Part shown: positions 23,501 to 42,339 of the stretch, one piece after another | How positions within the stretch are numbered: the stretch's first letter is position 1 | Layout of the letters: the number at the start of each line of letters is the position of its first letter | From: Paraspadella gotoi | Lineage: Eukaryota; Animalia; Chaetognatha | DNA length: 64,000 nt | NCBI GenBank assembly: GCA_051294375.1 | Contig: CM119271.1 | Span: 3,379,061-3,443,060 of the forward strand | Direction of reading: 5' to 3' | The notes under the pieces: model-generated | The model's input: only the letters and a program-made list of their open reading frames with translations | Database searches by the model: none | What the model was told of the DNA's origin: nothing | Program-made: the position numbers and the translations under genes

Positions 23501-25227
23501 CTTTTAGTTAATGGGGTTTTACTAATTTTTAAAGTCCCGCCACCGACCTCGTTTCTTCCTCCCTTTGGACCCGGAGTCGGCCAAAACTCCGTCGTCGGCG
23601 AAGATGGCGTCGTATATGTGGAGGACGAGCGGCGTCGTGGTGGCCTTTGACGTCGACTTGTGGCAATTCCCCTCACGGCGACGACGAAAGGTTCTGCGAC
23701 GCGACTCGCCTGCGCCGGCGAAGAACTCCTGGGGAGTTTCTAATAGCGGTGATTGAAAAAAAAAGATTAAGTTGGGATGAGCTCACAATTCTGACAGTTG
23801 ATTTCAAACACAAACCGATGCGTTAACGAAGACGACATTCGCTTACCGGAAACGACGCCCGTTAATTTGCAGAACGTCTTCATGCAGGGCGATTCGAGCA
23901 ATTTAGGGTCGTCTTCATCCCGAGCTTCGTCAAGGGACGCTACCTGGTTGACGATGAACTGAGCGTTAGTGAGGACGTCGTCCTCAGTGAGTGGAGGCGT
24001 TCCCGATGTTGCAGGGGTCTAAAAGGCAATGGGAGGAACATTTACAGAATATATAGTTATGGACGATTTTAGCGGTCTAAAGAACAACAAAAACAACAAC
24101 CTTATTCGTGAAGAAAACGAAAAAAAAAATAAAACTCGATGGCCGAACCTGTCGCACGTGATTCAAGAGTCGCGCGTAATCGGCGTCGGGGTTAGAGACG
24201 AGAAGATCGACGACAAGTTTGGCGAGACGTGCCTTGAGTTTCGCCGCCGCAAACATCCGAGCGTAGATCGTCGCGGGGCGAAGGAGGTAGTAGTCGGCAA
24301 CGGAGGTGGAAAAGCCCATGACCGCCTCGTCGTCGTCGTAGCCCCCGATCCACCTTGGAGAAATCGTGTGAGGGTCGGTAGGGAAGGCTTAAGGTAAAAC
24401 TTATGAAGGAAAGCGTAAACACTCACCACTCAATCACCGGTCCGATATCCCGAGCCGGAATCCCGCCAGCGGGGTCGGCGTTGAGATCGTTGATGTGCTT
24501 GACGACCCCGTTGAAAAAGATCTCCCGATTCATTTCGACAAGGCCAGCGTCGAATCGGACGAGATGGCGGAGCCGATCGTGGGCGGCGAAGTCGGTCAGT
24601 CGGTAGGAGGGGGCGCCTTCGACGGAGGTCACTCGATCGGCAGAGACGGGTTCGTCAAAGCCGCTATCTTCGTTCCATTGTGCCGTCAAGCAAGTATCCG
24701 TGAGGGCGATGAACTCTTCGGCCTTTAAGAGGAAGAGGAGTTTTTTAAGTGGTTGAGCAAAAGTCTGACACAATGACTTCAAATTATCATCCTCATCATC
24801 GTCACACAATCTCTTTCATAATAATTAAATTTAGAATCCTCTGGTTTACTTCCTCGATCACATCTTCGCTCACCGCGTCGTTCCTCTCCGTCGGCAATGA
24901 GATTAACACGCCCTTCGGCTGCTCGCATTCTCGACATCTCATATTGACACCAGACCATTCCTCTCCCCGCATATCTTCCTGCGCTGCCGTCGCAGTCCTT
25001 CGACGCCGCTTTCTCGGAAGCGGTAAATCAACGAGGTTGACCCGTGGCCGCTTGGATCGCCGACAATCGTCGTCGGTCGTAGACTCATCGAGGTTCGGCT
25101 GGTTCTTTCTTCGCCGCCTTTTTCGCGACGGGGCGGCGTCGTGGGAAATCTCTACGGCGGACGCGGCAGCGTCGTCGATGGCCGTGAATAGTCTGTCGCT
25201 TTGGAGCAACTCGGCCGAATCAAGCAT
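17514..25227 (-). CDS. DNMT1: DNA (cytosine-5)-methyltransferase 1, multi-exon; RFTS, BAH1, BAH2 and catalytic domain, no CXXC
   Basis: RFTS ([26 protein letters not shown]), BAH domains, [39 protein letters not shown]...[17 protein letters not shown] (exon 19845-19619) and last exon GFPDTY...[11 protein letters not shown] ending at the 17514 stop. Confidence 0.96.
17900..18215. repeat. Two diverged tandem copies of an approximately 160-bp unit in a DNMT1 intron
   Basis: TTTTGTGT..GGT..GAAAGTGT...AGCTGGATA...GTGC.AGTGGAAATG...AGTCA...AATTTTAA(A)CCATA occurs at about 17915-18040 and about 18085-18213. Confidence 0.6.
18226..19052 (+). mobile_element. Non-coding DIRS derivative with ITRs and right-end extension
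   Basis: 18247-18405 is inverted at 18680-18852. The following 200 bp (ATGAGTGATT...CCATGAAAAATCCCG...AACCATGAATT) resemble the right end of the DIRS at 12270-12440. Confidence 0.7.
19195..19455. mobile_element. Small AT-rich inverted-repeat element (MITE-like)
   Basis: ATAGAGCTTGAAAAGTTA near 19229 versus TAACTTTTAAAGCTCTAT near 19411, with flanking TTTTAAAAA arms. Confidence 0.5.
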
Positions 25228-25408
25228 CGTAATACTCTCTTAATCTGGGGCAAGAAGTGAAAAAACGATAGGGAAAGTAATATTTAATAATTTCTAAAAA
25301 ATAATGGGTAAAAACTACGAGGACACGTAAAATTGAAAAAACTGGACGGATTTATAGTGAATAAAAAGTTAACGAGAAGAATCAAAAGAATTTGCATTGA
25401 ATTTCATT

Positions 25409-28400
25409 CTAAAAGTTTTCCTTGTCCTCGGATAAAGACGCAGCCGAGAGATCTCCGTCGTTCGACGCCGATATGGACGATAACGACGAGTGAGTCTTGG
25501 CAGCCTTGGGTGCTTCCTCCACCGAAGAGGAGAGTCTCAGCTGAAGGTCGATCTCCTTGTCCTGCGTCGACTGAAGCTGCTCGAGGCGCTTCGCCCGCTG
25601 CTTCACTTCTTGCAGATCCTCGAGTCCGCGGGAATCGATCGTCGGCGCCATCTGGTCGGGACGGATTTACAAATAAATTAAAGTATTTACAAAATTATTT
25701 TTTCAAAGGCTTTAAAAAATCAAGTTCTCGTCAATGAAAATTATGGTTTAAAAATGCCAACAAAATGGAATCCTCACTCGTTTCAATCAGCCAATCAGCT
25801 ACAAAAAAAAAGTCAAATGACCAACCGCAAGCCCGGACTAAGACAAAAGATTTTTGATGAAAGGATTCCAACACGTTGTCAAAAAGGAGGAAGAGGATAA
25901 AAGCCATAATGGTGGAACACTGAATATTGAATGAATGAATAATTTCACATTCGTTGAACCAATTTCATACCCTGCAACAAGAACCACTGATGAATCTCTC
26001 TATTTTTTTTAATTTCCAAAAAAAAATTTTCAACTACGATAGGGCGAAGTAACCAAGAAACAAATCACAACGGACATTCTGACATTAACTTCCTTCCGAC
26101 CTGAATGTTCGTCCCTTCCGCCGATCTTGCTTTCCTCTCCGACAAAACTTCAGACCCCAAGCGCCGATTCGCGCCCGGAGCAGCGGGATCCGATACCGTC
26201 GCCCCTAGCGGCGCCATCGATGCCAGCGTGGGCGGCACCGCGAAAGTAGAAGGCATCGTTAATGTGGCCGCCGACGTCGCGTCCGGTGCCGCGTACATCA
26301 AGAGGCTCTGGAATTCGGCGTGCCGCTTCATCATCTCCTTCAGCTTTTTTTTCAGGGCAAAATGAGTCTCGGCAGAGACGTTTTTCCCGAGGTTCTCGTT
26401 CAGAGCTTTAAGTTCGTCCAGCTCTGCCCTAAGCGATGACCAACAATAATACTGTGGTTTGATGCAATACAAAATTCAACTAACTGAAGTTCAAATTTTC
26501 AAAAGCCGTTCCCATAAATATCTCCCTACCTGAGCAATTCGTTGGATCGCTTCAAGTGGCGAATGGCTTTGAGGGATTTCTGTTTCTGTTTGTCGTAGAG
26601 GGCGGCGTTTCGGTCCGCCGTCTTTTTAATGTCGTGATTTGCCTTCAGGACTTTGTCGTACTTCTCAGACAAGGTCTTCTCCGTCGCCTCGTGGCTAGAA
26701 CGGAGTTTGGCGGCGTACCTTTCCGCTCCCGTCTCGAACTCTGCCATCTTGGCCGCGGACTCCTCAAACTCTTTCTTCAACATCTCCGCCCTCGAGGCGG
26801 CCTTTTCCCGCTCCGCCTCCACCTTCTCCACATCCAGCGTCAAAGAAGCGTTGTCCTTTCCCAACGTCACTAGTTTCTCGTTAAGATCTTCTATTCGCCG
26901 CCGCGCAGCCGCCAGCTCGTCCTCGAGCTTCTCTCTCTCGGCAGCGTCCTTTTTGACGGCGAGGGTGCGCCGCTCCGCATCGCGCTCTTCCGCCGTCAAA
27001 CGAAGACGAGCCTCCTCGGCCTCGGCCCTGGCCGCATCAGCCTTTTCGCGTTCTGCGTCTTCCGCCTATGACAAAAAAACCCTTTTTTTATAAGTCAAAC
27101 TCGCACATAACCACCAAACCTCCAAGAGCCAAGCCACCTTCTTGGCCTCAGCAAGACGACGCTCCAGCTTCAGCCTTTCTTCTTCTCTCTTCTGCCGTTC
27201 CCGCCATTCATCCTCGCGCCACTCAGCCACCCGCCGCTCAGACTCTCGCTCTTTTTCCACCGCCTCTTCCGCCTGACGAGCCGCTTTTTCTCGCAGCGCC
27301 TCAACCTATTATTTATGATTATTAAACAAATACATAGATCACTTACCAAGAACTTTCCACACAAACACTCACCTGACACTCAAGCACTGAGATCTTGTTT
27401 TTCAAAGCGTCCTTGTCTTTGGCGTGATCGCCCTTCAAACGGACTGCCTCCATCTGAAAGACGTTCATCTCCCGCTTGAAGTCTCTCTCGAGGGCGTCTT
27501 TGTCGGCGGCCAGCGTTTCTCGTCGTTTTTCCGTCTCGAAGAGTTTAGCCTGTGTCTCGGCCGCAGAGCTGGAGGCCGATTCCGCCTTTTCCTGGCTAAT
27601 AAAGTAATATTGCCATTTCAGCATTAAAGAAAATCAAGTTAAAACCTATCAAGGCAATGAAACCTTAAAAATAAATCTCACTGAATTATGTATGTATCTT
27701 TTTTTTTTACTCACTTGAGTTTCGCCTGATAAACGAGGGAGCTCTTCTCCGATTCGAGATTTCGCGCTTTGGCCTTAAGCTCTCCTAAATCTTGAATCAA
27801 CTTCTTGTTGGAGATCTCCAGCTTGGAGATGACCTCTTCCCGCTTTGAGCGCTCCTCGGCCAACTCCTCTGTTAGGGTCTTTAGCCGATTCTGAAGCTTC
27901 AGGTTTTCCCTCGTGAGAGCGCGTTTCCCTTCCCCCTCCACTTCCGAAGCCTATATTTTATTATATTATGAAAACGTGACTGGATTCAAATGTCATGGAG
28001 GCCGAAATAAAAAAACAAACAGACATAACAACCCTAGTTCCCCCCTTCTCTAGCCATCCTATTCAGATACGCTCCGTTCGTCCCAACCTTAAGACACCTG
28101 TCGACGGCCTCGTCCCTCTCCATCTGCAGCCTGTTTCTCTCGGCGTCGAACCGGAGTCTCTGCTCCTCGATCGTCAGTTCGGACTTTTTCTGCTCAGCTT
28201 CTGCCTCGGACTGAAACACCGCAAGTTGATAGCGAACGGCGTTGTACTCGTTTCTGAACGGTCGGGCAGACAGAAGGAAAAGATCAGAGGAAAAAAGAGA
28301 GAGAGGGAGAACATCCGATTTGTTGGATTTTTTTATGATGCCAGGATGGAATCGGAAATTTTTAAGAGAGACGCTGTCTTTCCATATTTAATATTTCAAA

Positions 28401-29609
28401 TCACGTATTAAAAGTAATAACCTAAACTGTTATCGTGACAACAGAGGACCGCAACTAATTGGTTCACCTGTACTTTTCCGCCTCCATCTCGACGGCGTAA
28501 AGCTTTTCCGCAAAGGGCTGCTCCTGTTCGGCTGCAAACTTAAGCCGTAGGAGCTCTTCCCTGTCGGGCGTCAATGCGGTGGCTTTGAGAGTCTCAATCT
28601 CGGCGTCTCGGTCGCGCAGTTCCTTCTGCAGGATCTGAAGGCTCGAACGCGCTTTCGTCTGAGTTGCTTGACTCTCCTCGAGCGATTGTTGATACTGCCT
28701 TTCCAAGAGGGCGCATCGCTCTTGCAACTGCGGAGGGACAAAAACTCAGTATTATGACAACGGAGGGACATGTGTGATGCCTGGGGTGTGAGGCATCTCC
28801 CGACAGCTGGCGCTCAGGGCTGACCACCCAATGTCACTGGCGTGTTTATGCCGACACCATCACACTTTAACCAGCGTGACCTTGAGGGGATTGAACCCGG
28901 AACTCACAGTTGGTGAACGAGTATTTAGCTGTCCAAGCTAATGGGACGAGCTGAGTTTCACCAAGCTATACAGGAGGTGAATTTAGGATTCACCACAAAT
29001 GCCCCCCCAAGACAGCACACTGGGGTGACCAAGCCTGGAGTGACTGTCTTGATAGCAAACGGACTCATTGCCATAGCGAGCGAGAATTAGGGTATAGGCG
29101 TAGGATGCATTCCCTTAAGCGACAATGTGAGCGACGGTACGCAGCGGTTGTGTGTTCGATAGTAGGGCTCACCACTTATGGCAACGGAGGGACATGTGTA
29201 ATCCCTGGGGTGTGAGGCATCTCCCGACAGCTGGCGCTCAGGGCTTTGGACTGGCAGTGACTACCCCATGTCACTGGCGTGTTTATGCCGACACCATCAC
29301 ACTTTAACCAGCGTGACCGTGAGGGGATTGAACCCGGAACTCACAGTACTAAGCTGTCCAAGCCAATGGGACGAGCTGAGTTTCACCAAGCTATACAGGA
29401 GGCGAATTTAGGATTCGCCACAGTATGTTATTTGCGATCAGCAAAAATAGGTATTTTTTCTTCTCAGAGACCCCGACCTTGCTGTGCTGCGATTTAAGGT
29501 GCTCATAGTTTTGTTTGTGCTGTTCGTTCCTGGCCCGCTCGTCTCCGAGAGCCTTTTGAAGTAGCGCCAACCCGCCATCGCCGGCGACATTTTGCGTCGC
29601 GGCCGCCAT
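25409..29609 (-). CDS. CEP83: Centrosomal protein of 83 kDa (CCDC41), multi-exon coiled-coil
   Basis: LGDERARNEQHKQNYEHLKSQH, LTPDREELLR, EAEKYR, LKEMMKRHAEFQSLL and last exon EVKQRAKRLEQLQSTQ (25651-25409, phase-0 acceptor) parallel remembered CEP83 motifs. Confidence 0.9.
28753..28997 (-). mobile_element. tRNA-derived SINE, copy A
   Basis: Minus strand has an A-box-like TAGCTTGGACAGC and B box GGTTCAATCCC; near-identical to the copy at 29177. Confidence 0.75.
29177..29422 (-). mobile_element. tRNA-derived SINE, copy B
   Basis: A-box-like TGGCTTGGACAGC, B box GGTTCAATCCC and 3' end TCCGTTGCCATA on the minus strand. Confidence 0.75.
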
Positions 29610-29833
29610 GCTCGAACATTCGTTCTCGGCTACTTGATCATTTCAAAATAAATAATCAAAAAAACGAGGAAGAATCTCTTTAAAAGGTAAAAAAGGCACC
29701 AAGTAAACAAAACCGTAACGATTTGTAAAGAGTAAAATAAATTTATCGAAAACAAACAAATCACAGATATAAATCACTAATTTTTTTCCCCCAATGTTGG
29801 TTTGGTTCAAAAGGCAAATGATAATAATTTCAA

Positions 29834-32800
29834 TCACTCGATCGTTGAAATTTTTTCCAAGAGTTTCGAGTACCCCTTTATCTTTATCCCGGCCAGATAG
29901 GCTTTCTTTCTCAAGTTCCAATTCCAATCAGGCTCCGCACTGGCCGTCTTGCCGACCAGCGACCACAGGTTGCAGAACAGCCCGGCCATGGACTCGTCGG
30001 AGAGGTCAGCGTGGGCCAGAAGAGCACCGACCAGCGCCGCGCTGTGCCCATGTATGCGGCGCAAACCGCCGGACTGGACGCGGGTCTGCAATTCGCGAAG
30101 GTGATGGAGGATTTCCTCAACGACGGAAGAGGCGAGGTTGGAGAGATGGTCGAGAAACTTCGGAGCGGAGCCGTACCTTTACGTAGCGGAGATAATTTTT
30201 TTGTATATACATTTCACATATCCACATTAATAATGCCGGATTTCTCACCAAAGAGAATGAAAGAAATAATATTAATAAAAAAAAAGCAAGAAGAGAGATA
30301 AAAACAAAAGTAAAAAATAGAAAACCATCGGAAAAAAAAAATTGTAATAAACAAAAGCAAAAAATTATCGGTCTCGCAATGGTAAAATGATAACAACGCG
30401 ACTGTGATACTTAATGTCGCGATTCCGATTTTGACAATTTTTTATTATTGAGAGAAATAGACAGAAATTGAAGAAGAGCTGCGTATCATTTTTATTAGCC
30501 AATAAAAATCACGAAAACAATTTGACCATTACGAAAATATCACATTATGAATGATGAGAAGCAGTATCTAAATTTTCAGCATCATACAATCGCGAACTTC
30601 CACAATAAGACGTACTTAAGCTGTTAAAGTTAAAGTGCAAAAAAGGGGATTTTTCTGACCCAAGATTTTGGCCAACTTCGGGCGACAAATAAAAATACTT
30701 ACATAACGTCGTTGGCGTCGACTCCCCGCGCCCGCACGGCGTACGTCTCCTGAGCAAAGGCGCTCAAGGTGCAGAGGAGATGAACGCGGAAGCGACATTT
30801 GAAGTCGTCTGAGAGACAATCCGAAGACTTGACGGCGTCGGAGAGACCGGATACGAGGTAGAGAATCGTGCCCTCAAAAGAGAATCGGAAAATATTTTTT
30901 TTAATTGAACGCCATTAAAGTTTAAACCGCAAACGTATAAATCACGAATATACTTTTAATTTGAGTCAAACCAGAGACAATATCGACCAAATCTCCACCT
31001 CCTCCCTTCTCCACCTGCTGCGGATTATCCGGAGCCAGCAGGGAAGTCGACAACAAGTTGTTCACGGTTTGCGTCAGGGTTTCCTCGGCGTGGGCGGGGT
31101 CCGACTCGGACGCCATCGACGGCAGTAGCAAGACGGCCGCCTTGTAGAGGGCTTCCGCTTGGCCGTAGCAACCGTTAATGAGGGCGACCTTATATTCACA
31201 GAAAGACAAATACATATATGGTTTCTTTTTAAATTGTTGATTCTTTTTTAGAAGCACTTGTATTATCCTTTCTTTTTCGTTGTGAATATATATTAGAGTA
31301 TGGCAACGGGAGGATAGCCTGTGATACCCGGGGCGCGGGGTATCTCACCAACTGGCGTAGGGGCTGCGGACCCTCAGTGACCGCCTCCTGTCACTGGCAT
31401 GTTTATACCGGCACCGTCACATTTTAAGCCAGAACCGGGATACCCAGGGATTGAACCCGGGACGCACGGATGGAATGAGATGATTTAGCCTGCTCAGCCA
31501 TTGAGACGAGGCTGAGGACGGACAGCAGTGAGGCAGCTTTAAGTCTTGCTGCCACAAGAGGCACAATTTGATTGATAGTTTAAACTAATTGACGCTGATG
31601 AAGGCTTGCAGTTAAAGCCGAAACAAGTACGTTTTCTTCTTTGAAATAAACTCGATGTCAAATGAAATCAAATTGTGCCTCTTAGAAGCACTTGAAGAGA
31701 TTTTTCATAGGAACTCGCCATGCACTCATAGATAACCAAGTCTTTCGTTTTACTTTTCGGACATTTTATAGAAAATAGAACTAACCTGAGCCGACTCGAG
31801 GTAGAGCGACATCTGCGTCGCTGAACAATCGAGCGAAGGCACGGTGATGAAGCAGAAGGCAGCGCAGGCATGGACAAAGGCAGAGGTCTTCTTGTTGTGG
31901 GCGCCTCTGACGACGCGGAGGGTGGCCACGGCGAGGGAGTTGACGGCGTGGACGAGACGTTGGAGGACGAGAGGCATGTTGCAAAAGGCGGAACGAGCCT
32001 TGATTGAAGAGAAACGGTTAAAATGGAGATAAGGGTTAGGAAAATCACGGACATTGGCGAATAGGGCGGGAAACAAAAACAAAATGTACAGTAATTCGTT
32101 GTAACTCAAACCCCAACAAACAGCTGGCATCGATCCTCGCCAAACTCTTCTCACCTGAACGTAAAAGGCCAACTGCGCTTCGAAGTCCCGTCCGAAGGAA
32201 GCTCGATTAATAAAGGCGGCGACGAGTTGCGTCGAGTTGTTCCGTTCGTCGTCGAGAGAGAGCGGATTAAGGGAGTCATGCATCGTCCGCGCCAGAGACA
32301 TCGCCGTGCTGATAAGCACTGCGTCCGTCGTCGGCTCGGGACCCTTGAGAGGAATCGTTTAATTATCACGTTGGTTCCATTTTTCACTTATTATCACCTG
32401 CAGCCGTAAAAAGGCCGCCATCAACGACTTGGAAGCCTCTGCCTTGGCGCCATCCTTTTGCAGTAAATCAAGAAAGGGAAGGAACTTGTCGGAGGCGAAG
32501 AGGGCGCTGAGATCCGCGACGCTCTTCACGTGGACGAGGATCTTGGAGACGCAGCTGAGGAGTTCGGCCTGAAACGTCTCGAAGGCGCGATCCGGCGTCA
32601 AGTGGACAATGGCGTCGTTGAGGACGGAATTGATTTCGCGGGCGGCGAAGTGGTTGGCGACGAACTCGATCCACACCTTCGAAAAGGATGAAAGGGATAT
32701 TGACAAGATAATACTAATTTCCACAGACGTTCAATGAAAATTTTAGTTTAAATGTGCAGTCAACAAACAACTAATAAACTATTTAAGACGGAAAATCCTG

Positions 32801-35007
32801 CTTTCTAACCCGAACGTTCTCACGTTCACGTTTTCCCGTTCTCAATTATCACCTCGACGCAAGACACATAATCCGCCGGCGTGCGCATCTTGGAGATGCT
32901 CTTCCAGACATCATTAAGAACGGCCCTCTTCTCGGCTGGCACCGACATGGACAGGCAAAGTCCGAACGTTTTGAAAAGGGTGGGTTTGTGAAAGACGGTA
33001 TCGTCGGCCTGTTTAATAGGGTTTATAGGCGACAAATGAGTTAATATGAACGATATTAATGATATTATCGAATCTCAGCAATCCGATATCCCAAACACTC
33101 GCCTGTTTGATCATCGAGGAAAAGAGGAGGGCCCTCTTGGCGATAAAGAAAGGCGGAAAAGAGGAGAGGATCGAGTTAAGGACTAGAGCAGAAGGTTTCG
33201 TCGAACAGATCTCCATGATGTCGACGAGCTGCTTCTCGGAGGCGTTGAAGCAAAGACACTGGACGATCCAGTCAAAGGCCGGCGTAAAGAGGCTTTGGTA
33301 GGTGGAGGCCTCTACGCGTTGAGCCTGAGAAACGCATTACAAAATAAATCGAAGAAATCAACTTAAACGCTTCAATTATAAACACGGACATCCTCTCATA
33401 ATCACCTTCAACAGAGCTATAACCGACGGAGAGCTCAGTTGGTGGTAAATAAGAAGCGAATCCCTAAAGCACGTCTCCACGTGCGGCAAAAGCATCAAGG
33501 TGCAAAGAGGCAATCTTGCCGAATCCGGACCCGAAGCCAAAAAGGAGGGCAAGAGAAAAGCCACGTCCACACCGACATGACAGAGGAAGGCCTTTTTTTT
33601 TCATTGAAAAGGGTTTTGAGACAAGTTATATCTCTCAAGCTTTGAAGCTCGCTCTCTCTCTCTCGATATCTCAGACCTTTAAATAAACTGAGACGAGCGG
33701 ATCGCCGACGCCACGAGTGAGTGAAGCCAATTTTGACAGCGCCTTCACGATCTCCTCTTTGGGAGCGATGAAATTAAGGCACCTGATAGATTTGATTCAC
33801 AAACAACCTCAATTCGGTTTGTTTATGAATTTTCTGAGACTTTTATATAAAACAATTAACCTAACGATGGAAGCCTCGCAGAGAATCCTGGGCACCAACT
33901 CTCTGATAGAGGCGATCTTGTGGAACCAATTGCGGCACATTTCCTTGGCCGAGTTCGCGACCAACTCGTAGGTGAAGTCGTCGGGAAGTCGAGAAACCGT
34001 CTTGTTGGATCCGGTGCCGTGAGCCTGGTTAAATTACCACATCGTCAATGTTCAGAAAAGATGTGTATAAATGAGAAAAATAACAGACCGGCAGACCGTA
34101 CTTGGTTAGAACGCGCCAATATCCGATCGTAAACGAGGCCGCCAAAAGTGTCTAGGATTTCAGATATGAGCGCGAATTTGCTCGGATAAAAGCGAATAAC
34201 CGAAGTGTCCGCAAGCATCTTGGAGCATTGGATCGTAATCTTAAGCGCTTTAACCTTAAAAATGAAAACCAAATATTTGAATGTATACTTATAGCTAGGA
34301 ATTTCTAATACACAGGAAACTTACTTTCTGGTCTTTTTGCCAGAAATCCTTCATAGATGTCTTCAGCTTGTCCACGTGAACTACGAACTCCTTCTGTGTC
34401 AAGTTCTGTAACTCCTGGACGCTGCCATCTTCGAAATCGTCCAACTGCTCCAAGCGGTGACGTACCTTTTCCGAAACGGTTGGCGGAGGAGCCTCCTTCG
34501 GGAAATTCACTTTTCATTTATTCGCCACTTTTGATTTTTTTTTTGACGGAATTCTTTACCTACCTTGACGATCCTTTCCGCATCGATACCCCCTTCGCCG
34601 TCTACGAAGAAGCTCGACGCGATGGCCAGCTTCTCGAAGGTTGTGAATTTGGCGAGAATAGCGGCCTGCTTCGCCGCCCAAGGTTCGAAACTATCCTCGC
34701 CCAAGGAGCCGGATCGCGAGGCCGCGTCCACGGAGGAATCTCCGCGAGTACGCAGCGGCGCTTCCTCGGCCAAAGTCAGCAGCGAGAGGGGATCCAGAGC
34801 GTCTTCGGCCTCGTCGGCGCGTAGGGGATCGAAGGTCTCGGACGCCGTGGATCTGGTGGCAGATTTGGTTGGCTTCTTCAAGTCCGTCACGAAGATGGCG
34901 GCGAACTTCAGCGGGTGGTTATCCTGCGCGGGTTGGCGCTGAAGAGAGAACCGCTTTCTTTCGCGGTCGTAGTCCCGGATTCGCGGGGCCCACTGGTATT
35001 TCGACAT
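29834..35007 (-). CDS. VPS35L: VPS35 endosomal protein sorting factor-like (C16orf62, Retriever subunit), multi-exon
   Basis: [69 protein letters not shown] and [13 protein letters not shown]; last exon 30177-29834. Confidence 0.95.
31299..31520 (-). mobile_element. tRNA-derived SINE, diverged copy C
   Basis: A box TGGCTGAGCAGG and B box GGTTCAATCCC; body homologous to the 28753 and 29177 copies. Confidence 0.72.
31591..31633 (+). ncRNA. Minimal type I hammerhead ribozyme motif
   Basis: GACG CTGATGA A GGCTT gcagtta AAGCC GAAA CAA GTA CGTT: core, 5-bp stem II, stem I GACG/CGTT, GUA triplet. Confidence 0.72.
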
Positions 35008-35359
35008 CGTGGACTGAAATTCCCGCTAATTCGAATGTTTTTCTACGAGGCCTGGGAGTTACAACTTCCCTTTACAAGCTGGACGAAGTGTTTTGAGTCA
35101 TCATGTTTTAAAAGAAACAATGAACATTCACATGTTCGACCTAAAATTGCAAAGAGTTGACTAGACTTTCTTCTTGTATGTATGAAAATATTATATTAAA
35201 AAGAAACATTGAGATCATGAGCGTGTAACAATACAAAAAGGCAAATTTGGTGATTGTAAATGGACGGAATTTGTGCGTTAAAAGCTTTCATGAATTCAAG
35301 TATCAAAAGATTCTCTCCAATGTGCAAAGCGAAGGAAAAAAAAATCGTTTCTCCATTAA

Positions 35360-41877
<6,518 letters not shown>

Positions 41878-42339
41878 CGATGCGGTATAATTTGCAGCAG
41901 ACCGAGGTCGGGCAAGGCTAAGTCATGAAGCTATAGTTGCGCGTTTCCAAATTTAATACAGTATATAGTTTATAAGACTTGTAAAAACATCTGGGTGGAT
42001 AATTCAGTTTTCTTCATAATGATAAAGTACTATTAAATTAGTATTATCATCTGTAATAAAATTTCACTTAACTATGAATAAAAAATTTATCGGAAGAAGT
42101 TGTTTTAAACAGTTGCCACTAATTATTTAAACAAACCTAAACAGTAAAAAAAATACCTGACAGTTTTCAAAATTATAAAAAGTGCAAAGTTATTATATTC
42201 TACAAACCAAAGTAATGTTGACGGTATTTAACGAAAATCAATGATGATTATGAAATAAAGTTAATGAGGGCAAATGTAATTTAATTATAATTGAATTTGA
42301 AACAAATTTACGTAAAACTCATTTTTAAAACAAAAAACA

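Noticed and set aside
25409-25651. 80-aa ORF as the first exon of DNMT1
   Set aside because: It has a phase-0 acceptor matching the previous CEP83 donor, resembles the CEP83 C-terminus and ends in a stop.
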